Shown: piece after piece, positions 10,054 to 18,942 of the stretch
How the letters are laid out: each line of letters starts with the position of its first letter
Position numbering within the stretch: the first letter of the stretch is position 1
Assembly (NCBI GenBank): GCA_964477695.1
Contig: CAYZFN010000212.1
Span: 10,974 to 74,973 of the forward strand
Direction: 5' to 3'
Source of the DNA: an uncultured Enterobacteriaceae bacterium
GTDB taxonomy: Bacteria > Pseudomonadota > Gammaproteobacteria > Burkholderiales > SG8-39
DNA: 64,000 bases
Position numbers and translations under genes: made by a program
Notes under the pieces: model-generated
The model's input: the letters and a program-made list of their open reading frames with translations, nothing else
Databases searched by the model: none
Told to the model about the DNA's origin: nothing

Positions 10054-10911
10054 CTAGCGGCGGGTTTCCCTGCGCAGCGAGTAGTAGGTGCCGGCGACGA
10101 TCACCGCGGCGCCGAGCAGCACCCTCGGATCGAAGGGCTCGCCGTAGAAAAGCGCTCCGACCACGGCGATGAGCGGCAGGCGGGTAAAGTCGATCGGCAC
10201 GACGACGGTAGCGTCGGCGTGTCTCATCGCGCGGGTCATGCAGTAATGCGCGGAAAACGACCCCGCGCCGATCGCGGCGATCCACGGGACGTCTATCGCC
10301 GGCGGCAGCACCCAGCCCGGCAGAGCGGCGAGCAGCGTGATGGGCGCCTGCACCGCCGACATCCAGAAAGTCACCGCGATCGCCGAGTCGGTCGCCGCGA
10401 GGCTCTTGGTGAAGATCATGTTGCCGGCATAGAGCAGCGCGCCGAACAGCATGACCAGCGCGGCCGGATGGAACGGTCCGACGCCCGGCCGCAGGATGAT
10501 GGCGATGCCGGCGAGGCCGAGCAGCAGCATGACGATGCGATTTGCGGTCAGCCGCTCGCCGAGAAAGGCGAACGCGAGCAGCGCCGTCCACACCGGCATG
10601 GTGAACTCGATGGCGAAAACCGTCGCCAGGGCAAGCGCGGCGATGGCGTACATCCAGCAGAACTGGCCGCCCAGGTGCAGCAGCGCGCGCGCCGCATGCA
10701 CGGGCAGTCGCCGCGTGCGGATCGTCCCCACGCCGCTGCGCAGCGCCACCGCGGCGGCGATGACGAGCGCGACGAAGGTGCGCCAGGCGAGGATCTCGAG
10801 GATGCCCATGTGGCGCAGCAGCTCGCGCACGGCGACCGCCATGATGGCGAACGACAGCACCGCGCCGCTCATCCAGAGCGCGCCGCGGACGGGATTGTGG
10901 CCGCTCGCCAT
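10054..10911 (-). CDS. EamA/DMT-superfamily transporter
   Basis: About 10 TM helices arranged as two EamA-like halves (..GALWMSGAVLSFAIMAVAVREL.. and ..ITLLAALPGWVLPP..SFSAHYCMTRAMRHADA..). Start at ATG 10911 (MASGHNP). Confidence 0.85.
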   Translation of the reverse strand: MASGHNPVRGALWMSGAVLSFAIMAVAVRELLRHMGILEILAWRTFVALVIAAAVALRSGVGTIRTRRLPVHAARALLHLGGQFCWMYAIAALALATVFAIEFTMPVWTALLAFAFLGERLTANRIVMLLLGLAGIAIILRPGVGPFHPAALVMLFGALLYAGNMIFTKSLAATDSAIAVTFWMSAVQAPITLLAALPGWVLPPAIDVPWIAAIGAGSFSAHYCMTRAMRHADATVVVPIDFTRLPLIAVVGALFYGEPFDPRVLLGAAVIVAGTYYSLRRETRR

Positions 10912-10976
10912 GGAAGGCCGGTATGGTAGGGGCGAACCGGCCGCGCGCCGCTCGGCGGTTCGCAGATAATCGCCGC

Positions 10977-12230
10977 ATGCCGACCTCGAGCGAAGCGGCC
11001 TACCGCGCGCAGATCGCGCGGCTCTTCGAGCGCTCCGCGTTCTACCGCGACAAGCTGTGCGCCGCCGGATTCGCATCCGCGGAGGCCGTCGGTGGCCTGG
11101 ACCGCATCGCCGCGCTGCCCTTCACGGAGAAGGACGAGCTGCGAAAAAGCCAGGCCGGGCATCCGCCGCTCGGCGCGCACGCCGCGATCCCGATCGCCGC
11201 GGCCGCGCGCATCTATTCGACAAGCGGCACCAGCGGCACGCCGCTCTATATTCCGCTCAGCCGGACGGATGTGGAGCAATGGCGCGAGATCGGCCGGCGC
11301 ACCTACTCGCGCAACGGCCTCAAGGCGGGCGAGCGCGTCGTCACCACCTACGGCGCGGGTCCGTTCGTCGCCGGTGCCTCGCTCGCCGCGTTCGAGGCGA
11401 TCGGCTGCGTGCACATTCCGGTAGGCGTGGGCAACACCGAGCGGCTGCTGAACGCGATCGAGAAGCTCGCGCCGGAGGCGCTGGCCTGTACACCGTCCTA
11501 TGCGCTGCATGTCGCAGAAGTGGCAGTACAAAAGGGTATTTCCCTCGGTCAGGTGCAGCGCGTCATCGTGGGCGGCGAGCCGGGCGGCGGAGAGCAGGGC
11601 ATGCGCCAAAAGCTCCAGGCGATGTGGGGCGCGAAGATCTACGAGATCATGGGCATCGGCGACGTCGCCGCTTCGCTCTGGGGCGAGTGCGAGCACCAGG
11701 CGGGGATGCATTTCTCCGCCGACGGCCTGATCCACGCCGAGCTGATCGATCCGGATTCGGGCTCGGCCAAAACGCTGCGCGACGGTGAAACGGGCGAGCT
11801 GGTTTATACCCACCTCGCGCGCGAGGCGGCGCCGTTGCTGCGCTTTCGCAGCCGCGACCATGTGCAGGTCTGGGTCTCGCCCTGCGCCTGCGGCAGCAGC
11901 GCGCTGCGGGTGCGCTGCATCGGCCGCACCGACGACATGCTGATCGTGCGCGGCGTGAACGTCTTTCCTTCCGCGGTTCGCGAGGTTGTGGCGCGTTTCC
12001 AGCCCAAGGTGACGGGGGCGATCCTGATCCGTCCGCGGGCGCGCGGCGTGAAGCAGGAGCCGCCGCTGCCGGTGGTCGTGGAAGGAGATCCGGCGTTGCA
12101 GGAACCGCTGACGCGCGCGATCCGCAGCGCGCTGCTGTTCACGCCCGACGTGCGCATGGTGGCGCCGCAGGCCCTGCCGCGCTCGGATTACAAGGTGAAG
12201 CTGGTCGATTACTCGGAGGCGCAGGGATGA
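10977..12230 (+). CDS. Phenylacetate-CoA ligase family protein (PaaK / coenzyme F390 synthetase-like adenylating enzyme)
   Basis: ..LPFTEKDELRKSQ..IYSTSGTSGTPLYIPLSRTD (AMP-binding P-loop)..TPSYALHVAE..IYEIMGIGD..RTDDMLIVRGVNVFPS, as in the PaaK family. ATG 10977. Confidence 0.85.
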   Translation: MPTSSEAAYRAQIARLFERSAFYRDKLCAAGFASAEAVGGLDRIAALPFTEKDELRKSQAGHPPLGAHAAIPIAAAARIYSTSGTSGTPLYIPLSRTDVEQWREIGRRTYSRNGLKAGERVVTTYGAGPFVAGASLAAFEAIGCVHIPVGVGNTERLLNAIEKLAPEALACTPSYALHVAEVAVQKGISLGQVQRVIVGGEPGGGEQGMRQKLQAMWGAKIYEIMGIGDVAASLWGECEHQAGMHFSADGLIHAELIDPDSGSAKTLRDGETGELVYTHLAREAAPLLRFRSRDHVQVWVSPCACGSSALRVRCIGRTDDMLIVRGVNVFPSAVREVVARFQPKVTGAILIRPRARGVKQEPPLPVVVEGDPALQEPLTRAIRSALLFTPDVRMVAPQALPRSDYKVKLVDYSEAQG

Positions 12231-13183
12231 AGGGGTTGCTCTGGCTGCTGCTCGTCGCGCCGCTCGCCGCGGCCGCGCAAGGCTATCCGGTGAAGCCGGT
12301 GCGCATCGTCGTGCCGTATACCGCCGGCGGGCCGGCCGACCTGCTGGTGCGCGGCCTGGGACAGAAGCTGGCCGATGCCTGGGGGCAGCAGATCGTGGTC
12401 GAGAACCGGCCGGGCGCGAACGAAATCATCGCCGCCCAGGAGATCGCGCGCTCCGCGGCCGACGGCTACAGCTACCTGCTCGCCTCCGACGCGGTGTTTT
12501 CGCTGAACGGCTATCTCTACTCCAGGCTGCCGTACGACCCGGTCAAGGACTTCACCCCCGTGTCGCGCCTCGTGAACGCCAACCTGATGCTCGTCGCCCG
12601 GCCCGATTTTCCCGCCGCCAGCGTGCGCGAGCTGGTCGAGTATGCGAAGAAGAATGCCGGCAAGCTCAACTACGGCTCGGTCGGCGCCGGCGGCGTGAAC
12701 CATCTCGCCATGGCCTGGTTCAACCGCGAGAACGGCCTCGAGATGCAGCACGTGGCCTACAAGGGCCTCGTGCAGGGCCTGCAGGACATCATGAGCAGCC
12801 GCCTCGACGTGATGTTCGCGGTCATCGGCGGCGCCGCGGCGAACCTCAAGGCGGGAAAGATGAAGGGGCTCGCCGTGTCCGGGCGAGCGCGCAACCCGCT
12901 CGTGCCCGACGTGCCGACTTTCGCCGAGGCGGGCTTTCCCGGCTTCGACGCGTCGTTCTATTTCGGACTTGCGGCGCCGGCCGGCACGCCGCACGAGATC
13001 GTGACGAAGATGGCGGCCGAGGCGGGCACGATCGTGCGCAGCGCCGAGTTCCGGGAGAAATACCTCGCCAACCTCGGCTTCGAGGCGCTGGGCGATACGC
13101 CCGAGGCGTTCGCGGCGTTTCTCAAGCGCGACCGCGAGCTCGCGGCGCGCAAGGTGAAGGCGTCGGGCGCGAAACTCGACTGA
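12227..13183 (+). CDS. Bug-family (TctC-like) tripartite tricarboxylate transporter substrate-binding protein
   Basis: Signal peptide followed by YPVKPVRIVVPYTAGGPADLLVR..NYGSVGAGGVNHLA..EAGFPGFDASFYFGLAAPAGTP, the Bug signature. ATGA overlap with the upstream gene. Confidence 0.9.
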   Translation: MKGLLWLLLVAPLAAAAQGYPVKPVRIVVPYTAGGPADLLVRGLGQKLADAWGQQIVVENRPGANEIIAAQEIARSAADGYSYLLASDAVFSLNGYLYSRLPYDPVKDFTPVSRLVNANLMLVARPDFPAASVRELVEYAKKNAGKLNYGSVGAGGVNHLAMAWFNRENGLEMQHVAYKGLVQGLQDIMSSRLDVMFAVIGGAAANLKAGKMKGLAVSGRARNPLVPDVPTFAEAGFPGFDASFYFGLAAPAGTPHEIVTKMAAEAGTIVRSAEFREKYLANLGFEALGDTPEAFAAFLKRDRELAARKVKASGAKLD

Positions 13184-13184
13184 C

Positions 13185-14315
13185 GTGCGCCCGCCCTTCA
13201 GAGCCGATCAAGTCGGCAGCCTGCTTCGCCCCGAGCGCCTGAAGGCGGCGCGCGAGCGCTGCCTTGGTCCGCAGACGCCGACGCACGCCCTGGGTCCGCA
13301 CCGGAACGAGGAGCTGCGCAGCGTCGAGGACCAGTGCATCCGCGAGGTCGTGGCGATGCAGGAGCGCATCGGCCTCGCGGCCGTCACCGACGGCGAGTTC
13401 CGCCGGCGCAGCTGGTGGCTCGAGCTGATCCTCGGCTGGCAAGGCTGCGCGGCCGATCGCACGGGGTCGGCGAAGCTCAAGTGGCGCAACGCCTCGGGCG
13501 AGACGCAGGGGTTCTCGGACCTCAACGTGGTCGGCCCGATCCGCTGGCGCGCCAGCTCCATCGTGCGCGCCTTTTCCTTCCTCGCGGGAATCACGAAAGT
13601 CGTTCCCAAGGTGACCCTGCCCGCGCCGAACTGCGTGCACTACTACACCGGCGGCAAGCTCGGTTACTACGCGAACGACGCGGAGCGGTTCTGGGCCGAC
13701 CTCGTCGCCGCCTACCGGCAGGAGATGGCCGAGCTGGTGCGCGCGGGGGCGCGCTACATTCAGCTCGACGATACGAGCATCGCCTTCATCTGCGATCCGC
13801 AGCATCGCGACTACGTGCGCTCCTGGGGCATCGACCCGATGAAGCTGCTCGAGCGCTACGCCGCGGCGATCAACCAGACGGTCGGCGGGCTGCCGGAGGA
13901 CGTGACGATCACGCTGCACCAGTGCCGCGGCAACCGCGAGGGCAACTGGGCCGCCGAGGGCGGCTACGACCCGGTGGCCGACGTGCTTTTCAACCGGATC
14001 GACGTGCACGGCTACTTCCTCGAGTACGATACCGCGCGCGCCGGCGGGTTCGCGCCGCTGCGCCTGCTGCCGAAGGGAAAGAAGCGCGTCGTGCTCGGCC
14101 TCGTGTCCACGAAGAGCGCGCGGCTGGAGGAGAGCGGCGAGCTGCTGCGCAGGATCGAGCAGGCCGCGCGCTACGCGCCGCTCGATCAGCTCGCCCTCAG
14201 CCCGCAGTGCGGCTTCGCGAGCTCGATCAAGGGCAATCCGCTCAGCCATGCCGAGCAGGAAGCGAAGCTCGCGCGCATCGTGGAGGTGGCGAAACGAGTA
14301 TGGGGACAGGAATGA
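13185..14315 (+). CDS. Cobalamin-independent methionine synthase (MetE C-terminal domain)-like protein
   Basis: N-terminus ..FRADQVGSLLRPERL, plus ..YIQLDDTSIAF.., ..HQCRGN.., and C-terminal ..LSPQCGFAS (Zn-ligand-type Cys), typical of the single-domain Meth_synt_2 family. GTG start 1 nt after the upstream stop. Confidence 0.8.
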   Translation: MRPPFRADQVGSLLRPERLKAARERCLGPQTPTHALGPHRNEELRSVEDQCIREVVAMQERIGLAAVTDGEFRRRSWWLELILGWQGCAADRTGSAKLKWRNASGETQGFSDLNVVGPIRWRASSIVRAFSFLAGITKVVPKVTLPAPNCVHYYTGGKLGYYANDAERFWADLVAAYRQEMAELVRAGARYIQLDDTSIAFICDPQHRDYVRSWGIDPMKLLERYAAAINQTVGGLPEDVTITLHQCRGNREGNWAAEGGYDPVADVLFNRIDVHGYFLEYDTARAGGFAPLRLLPKGKKRVVLGLVSTKSARLEESGELLRRIEQAARYAPLDQLALSPQCGFASSIKGNPLSHAEQEAKLARIVEVAKRVWGQE

Positions 14316-15391
14316 AGCGCCAGGTCGAAAGCAGGCTCGATATCTTCCCGCACATCTTCCCGCAGGCGTTCTTCGAGCGGATGAAGGCGATCGCCGAGGC
14401 GAATCCGGCGCTCGCCGCGTCGCTCAAGCGCTGGATGCACATCCCGGTGCTCTGGGACCTGGAGCGGCGCATCCGCATGATGAAGCGCTGGCCGGGCTAT
14501 CAGCAGGTGCTGACGCTGTCGATGCCGGCGATCGAGTACCTGGGCGCGCCGGAGCAAACGCCCGAGCTCGCCCGGCTGGCGAACGACGGCATGCACGAGA
14601 TCGTGCAGAGCCATCCGCATCTTTTTCCCTGCTTCGTCGCCTCGCTGCCGATGAACAACGTCCCGGCCTCGCTCGAGGAGATGGACCGCGCGATCGGCCG
14701 CCTGGGCGCGAAGGGCATCCAGATCTTCACCAACGTGAACGGCCGGCCGCTCGACGAGCCCGAGTTCTTCCCGATCTTCGAGCGCATGAGCAAGAAGTAC
14801 GACCTGCCGATCTGGGTGCATCCGTCGCGCACCGCGAAGTGGGCGGACTATCCGAGCGAGCAGAAATCGAAGTACGAGCTGTGGTGGCTGTTCGGCTGGC
14901 CCTACGAGACCAGCGTGTTCATGGGACGGCTGGTGTTCTCCGGCATGTTCCAGAAGCTGCCGCAGCTGAAGATCATCACGCACCACCTGGGCGCGATGGT
15001 GCCGTTCCTCGCCAACCGCGTCGGCTATGGCATGGACCAGTTCGGCAGCCGCACCTCGGACGAGGACTACGAGGGGCTGCTGAAGAGGATGGGCAAGCGC
15101 CCGGTCGATTTCTTCAGGAAGTTCTACAACGACACGTCGATCAACGGCTGGGCGAGCGGCATCCGCTGCGGCCTCGATTTCTTCGGCGCCGACCATGTCC
15201 TGTTCGGCACCGACTGCCCTTTCGATCCGGAGGGCGGCCCGCTCTTCATCCGCGAGACCCTGAAAGCGATCGACAGCCTCAAGCTCAAGGAGGGCGACCG
15301 GCGCAAGCTGTACTTCGGCAACGCGGCGCACCTGCTCCGCCTCGAGCTGCCGAAGGCGTCGAAGGGGAAGAAGGCGAAACGCAAGCGTTAG
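14312..15391 (+). CDS. Amidohydrolase-2 family protein (ACMSD/LigW-type decarboxylase-like)
   Basis: ..IFPHIFPQAFF.., ..GIQIFTNVNGRPLDEPEFFPIFE..DLPIWVHPS.., ..ITHHLGAMVPF.., ..HVLFGTDCPFD.., the metal-ligand pattern of the family. ATGA overlap with the upstream gene. Confidence 0.85.
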   Translation: MKRQVESRLDIFPHIFPQAFFERMKAIAEANPALAASLKRWMHIPVLWDLERRIRMMKRWPGYQQVLTLSMPAIEYLGAPEQTPELARLANDGMHEIVQSHPHLFPCFVASLPMNNVPASLEEMDRAIGRLGAKGIQIFTNVNGRPLDEPEFFPIFERMSKKYDLPIWVHPSRTAKWADYPSEQKSKYELWWLFGWPYETSVFMGRLVFSGMFQKLPQLKIITHHLGAMVPFLANRVGYGMDQFGSRTSDEDYEGLLKRMGKRPVDFFRKFYNDTSINGWASGIRCGLDFFGADHVLFGTDCPFDPEGGPLFIRETLKAIDSLKLKEGDRRKLYFGNAAHLLRLELPKASKGKKAKRKR

Positions 15392-15394
15392 CTC

Positions 15395-15721
15395 GTGACC
15401 CTGCGTAAGCTGGCGGTAATCGCGGCGCTCGGCCTTGTCGGTGCGTGCGCCACGCCGCGCGGAAACGAAGTGTTCGTGCGCGTCATGGACAGCCAGGTCG
15501 GCAAGCTGGCGGACGAGCCGGACTTCTACCCGCTCTACTACCGGCTGCCCGCCGTCGACGCAAAGACGCTGGCCAATGGCAATACCGAAGAGCAGTACCG
15601 AGCCGGGCCGCGCGGCGAGTGCCGCGTGTTCTTCGAGCTGACACGGGGCGAGCGGCGCGTGGTGAAGTGGCGCAGCGAAGGCGGCGATCGCGAATGCGCG
15701 ATCCTGCCGCGTCAGCCCTGA
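15395..15721 (+). CDS. Small lipoprotein, unknown function
   Basis: GTG start 3 nt after the upstream stop. Lipobox LGLVGAC. High GC3. Two further Cys residues. Confidence 0.55.
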   Translation: MTLRKLAVIAALGLVGACATPRGNEVFVRVMDSQVGKLADEPDFYPLYYRLPAVDAKTLANGNTEEQYRAGPRGECRVFFELTRGERRVVKWRSEGGDRECAILPRQP

Positions 15722-16425
15722 TCGACGCGCAGGCCGACGTGGCGCTCGAGCAGCGCCTCGTCCGCAGCGAGCGTGCGCGCGCTGCCCTGCCAGGCGATGC
15801 GGCCGCGCTCGACGACCAGCGCCTCGCTGGCGAGCGAGAGCGCGATCTCGGCGTGCTGCTCGACGAGCAGCGTGGCGACGCCCGCCAGGTTCTGCAGCGA
15901 CTGCGCGAGCTCCTCGACGATGATCGGCGCGAGTCCCTCGAGCGGCTCGTCGAGCAGGAGAAGCTGCGGATTGGTCATCAGCGCGCGACCGATGGCGAGC
16001 ATCTGCTGCTCGCCGCCGGAGAGCTGGTTGCCCTTGTTGCGCCGGCGCTCCCCAAGGCGCGGAAAGAGCGCATAGATCTCGTTCAGCTGCCACGGACCGG
16101 CGCGCGCCGCCACGCACAGGTTCTCCTCGACCGAGAGCGAGGGAAACACCTCGCGCTCCTGCGCCACCCAGCCGATGCCCAGGCGCGCGCGCAGGTGCGG
16201 CGCGAGGCGCGAGATATCTCGCCCCTTCCAGCGCACGCTGCCGGCATGCAGCCGCGTGTAGCCCATGATGGTGAGCAGCAACGTCGACTTTCCCACGCCG
16301 TTGCGGCCGAGCAGCGCGAGCCGGCCGCCCTCGGCGATGGCCAACGACGCGCCGTCGACGATCACGGCATCGCCGTAGCCCGCGCGGACGTCGCGCAGCT
16401 CGAGCAGCGGCTCAGCCGGCGGCAC
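15712..16425 (-). CDS. livF: Branched-chain amino acid ABC transporter ATP-binding protein
   Basis: Walker A GRNGVGKST, signature LSGGEQQML, Walker B LLLLDEP. Last gene of the liv-type operon. Confidence 0.9.
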   Translation of the reverse strand: MPPAEPLLELRDVRAGYGDAVIVDGASLAIAEGGRLALLGRNGVGKSTLLLTIMGYTRLHAGSVRWKGRDISRLAPHLRARLGIGWVAQEREVFPSLSVEENLCVAARAGPWQLNEIYALFPRLGERRRNKGNQLSGGEQQMLAIGRALMTNPQLLLLDEPLEGLAPIIVEELAQSLQNLAGVATLLVEQHAEIALSLASEALVVERGRIAWQGSARTLAADEALLERHVGLRVDQG

Positions 16426-17155
16426 GATGCCCTCGCCCGAGATAGACCTCGCGCACCCGCTCGTCGCGGGCGATCTCCCCGGGCGTGCCTTCGGCGAGGA
16501 TCCGGCCGCCCACCATCACGTGGATGCGGCTCGCGAAGCGGAACACCACGTTCATGTCGTGCTCGATGAAGAGCAGCGTCAGCTCGCTCGACAGGCCGGC
16601 GATGGCGGTGAACAGCTGCTGGCTCTCGTCCTTCGGCACCCCCGCCGCCGGCTCGTCGAGCAGCAGGATCTTCGGCCGCGTGGCGAGGGCGAGCGCGATC
16701 TCGAGCAGCCGCTGCTGCCCGTAGGCCAGCTCGCGCGTCTCCCGCTGCGCCGGAACGCGCAGCGAAGCGAGAACGGCGCGCGCTTCGTCGATCGCCGCGC
16801 CGAAGCGCGGCAGGGCGCGCCACCAGTTGTGCGCATGGCCTTCGCGCTCGAGCACCGCGAGGGTCACCGACTCGAGCGCGGTGAGGCGCGGAAACAGCGC
16901 GTTGATCTGGAACGTCCGGGCAAGGCCGCGCCGCACGCGCGCATCCGGCCTGAGGGAGGTGACGTCCTCGCCATCGAGGACGATGGCGCCCGAGTCGGGC
17001 GGCAGCATGCCGGTGATCAGGTTGATCAGCGTCGTCTTGCCGGCGCCGTTCGGGCCGATCAGCGCATGGCGCGCGCCGCGCGGCACCTCGAGGGTGATGT
17101 CGTTCGCGACCACGAGCGAGCCGAAGGCCTTATTGATGCTTCTTGTAGAGAGCAC
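16412..17155 (-). CDS. livG: Branched-chain amino acid ABC transporter ATP-binding protein
   Basis: Walker A GPNGAGKTT, signature-like YGQQRLLEIA, Walker B ILLLDEPAAG. LivG-type C-terminus. Confidence 0.9.
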   Translation of the reverse strand: MLSTRSINKAFGSLVVANDITLEVPRGARHALIGPNGAGKTTLINLITGMLPPDSGAIVLDGEDVTSLRPDARVRRGLARTFQINALFPRLTALESVTLAVLEREGHAHNWWRALPRFGAAIDEARAVLASLRVPAQRETRELAYGQQRLLEIALALATRPKILLLDEPAAGVPKDESQQLFTAIAGLSSELTLLFIEHDMNVVFRFASRIHVMVGGRILAEGTPGEIARDERVREVYLGRGHRAAG

Positions 17156-18092
17156 TCGCGCCGCCGAGGATGCCGTTCGGAAGGAACATCACCACGGCCA
17201 CGAGCAGCAGGCCGATCCAGAAATACCAGTACTGCGGATTGACGCCGGAGAACTGGTCGCGTGCGACCAGGTAGAGGATCGCGCCCAGGAGGCCGCCGTA
17301 CAGGCGTCCGGCGCCGCCGAGAATCAGGATCACCAGCACGTCGGCGGAGCGGCCGAACGACAGGACTTCGAGCGATACCGTGGCAGTGGTCTGGGTGAGG
17401 AGTGCGCCGGCGAGGCCGGCCATGACGGCCGCGAGGGCGTACGCCTTGCGCAGGTGCGCCTGACTCGACGCGCCGATCGCCGGCATGCGAACTGCGTTCT
17501 CGCGGATGCCGCGCAGCGCCAGGCCGAGCGGCGAGTGGATGACGCGCCGCGCGACCAGGAAGCAGACGAACAATACCGCGAGCGAATAGGCGTACGCGGT
17601 GCGCCCGTAAAGGTCGAACTTGAAGCCGAGAAGCGGCGCGATGACGAAGCCCTGCAGGCCGTCGGCGCCGCCGGTGAGCGCGCTCGCGCTGTTCGCCGCC
17701 TCGAAGAGCAGCAGGCCGAAGCCGAGGGTCAGCATGATGAGCGCGAGATGCCTGAAGCGCACGATGACATGGCTCGACAGGTAGCCCACCAGCCCCGCCG
17801 CGATGCCCGACGCCACGAGACCGCTGAGCGGCTCGCCGAGAGCGTACTTGGAAAGCAGCCCCGCGGCGTACGCGCCGACGCCGAAATAGGCGGCATGGCC
17901 GAGCGAGACGAGGCCTGCGTAGCCGAGGATCAGGTCGAGCGAAAGGGCGAACAGCGCCGTGATCGCGATCTGGCTCGCAAGCGAGAGATAGCTCGGGGCG
18001 AGCACGAAGGGCGTGAGCGTCGCAAGCCAGAAAGCGACCTCGAGCGGATGCCAGCGCAGCTGGCGCGCGAGCTGGAGATCAGCGCTTGCCAA
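17130..18092 (-). CDS. livM: Branched-chain amino acid ABC transporter permease
   Basis: Multi-TM protein with the LivM-type motif ..LILGYAGLVSLGHAAYFGVGAY... Confidence 0.9.
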   Translation of the reverse strand: MASADLQLARQLRWHPLEVAFWLATLTPFVLAPSYLSLASQIAITALFALSLDLILGYAGLVSLGHAAYFGVGAYAAGLLSKYALGEPLSGLVASGIAAGLVGYLSSHVIVRFRHLALIMLTLGFGLLLFEAANSASALTGGADGLQGFVIAPLLGFKFDLYGRTAYAYSLAVLFVCFLVARRVIHSPLGLALRGIRENAVRMPAIGASSQAHLRKAYALAAVMAGLAGALLTQTTATVSLEVLSFGRSADVLVILILGGAGRLYGGLLGAILYLVARDQFSGVNPQYWYFWIGLLLVAVVMFLPNGILGGASALYKKHQ

Positions 18093-18942
18093 ACAGGCCG
18101 AGCGGCCGCCACATCAGGAGGCCGACCATGACGAGGTAGATGAGGAACGCGCCGAGCCAGGGAAAGTAGTACTTCCCCGCCATGTCGGTGATGCCGAGCA
18201 GCGCCGCAGCGGCGAGCGAGCCGCCGATCGACCCGAGGCCGCCGACCGCGACGACGATCAGCACGTAGACGAGGTAGGTGAAGGCGAACGAGTGGTCCAG
18301 GCCGATCATCGCCACCGCCAGCGCGCCGCCCAGGCCGGCCAGGCCGCCGCCGAGCGCAAACGTGATCATGAAGGCACGATCCACGTCGATGCCGAGGCCG
18401 CGCGCCATGCGCTGGTTATCCACCGCGGCGCGCACGCGCGCACCGAAGCGCGTGCGCTCGACCCCAGAGACGAGGAGCAGAGCCACTGTCGCCGACACGA
18501 AGATGAGGAACAGCCGATAGGCGGCGAAATTCACGCCGAGCACGCTTACCGTGCCGCGCAGCCACGCGGGCGTCTCGATCGACTGCTGCACGGTGCCGAA
18601 CGAGTAGGCCGCCACCGCCACCGAGATGAACGCTATGCCGATCGTGAAAAGGCACTGGTCGAGGTCGGACGCTCGGTACAGCCGCCGGTAGAGCGTGCGC
18701 TCGAGCACCACGGCGATCGCCGCGCCGGCGGCAAACGCGGCCGGCAGGGCGGCGACGAAGGGCCAGCCGAAGCGGCCGGTCAGCCACACCGCCGCGTAGC
18801 CGCCCGCCATGGCGAAGCTGCAGTGCGCCAGGTTGACGAAGTTCATCATCCCGAGCGTGACCGACAGGCCGACCGACAGCAGGAACAGCAGCATGCCGTA
18901 GGCGAGCCCGTCGAACAGCACGCCCACCACCGAGCCGAGCAT
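18079..18942 (-). CDS. livH: Branched-chain amino acid ABC transporter permease
   Basis: Multi-TM protein with the LivH-type N-terminus ..LFDGLAYGMLLFLLSVGLSVTLGMMNFVNLAH... Confidence 0.9.
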   Translation of the reverse strand: MLGSVVGVLFDGLAYGMLLFLLSVGLSVTLGMMNFVNLAHCSFAMAGGYAAVWLTGRFGWPFVAALPAAFAAGAAIAVVLERTLYRRLYRASDLDQCLFTIGIAFISVAVAAYSFGTVQQSIETPAWLRGTVSVLGVNFAAYRLFLIFVSATVALLLVSGVERTRFGARVRAAVDNQRMARGLGIDVDRAFMITFALGGGLAGLGGALAVAMIGLDHSFAFTYLVYVLIVVAVGGLGSIGGSLAAAALLGITDMAGKYYFPWLGAFLIYLVMVGLLMWRPLGLFGKR

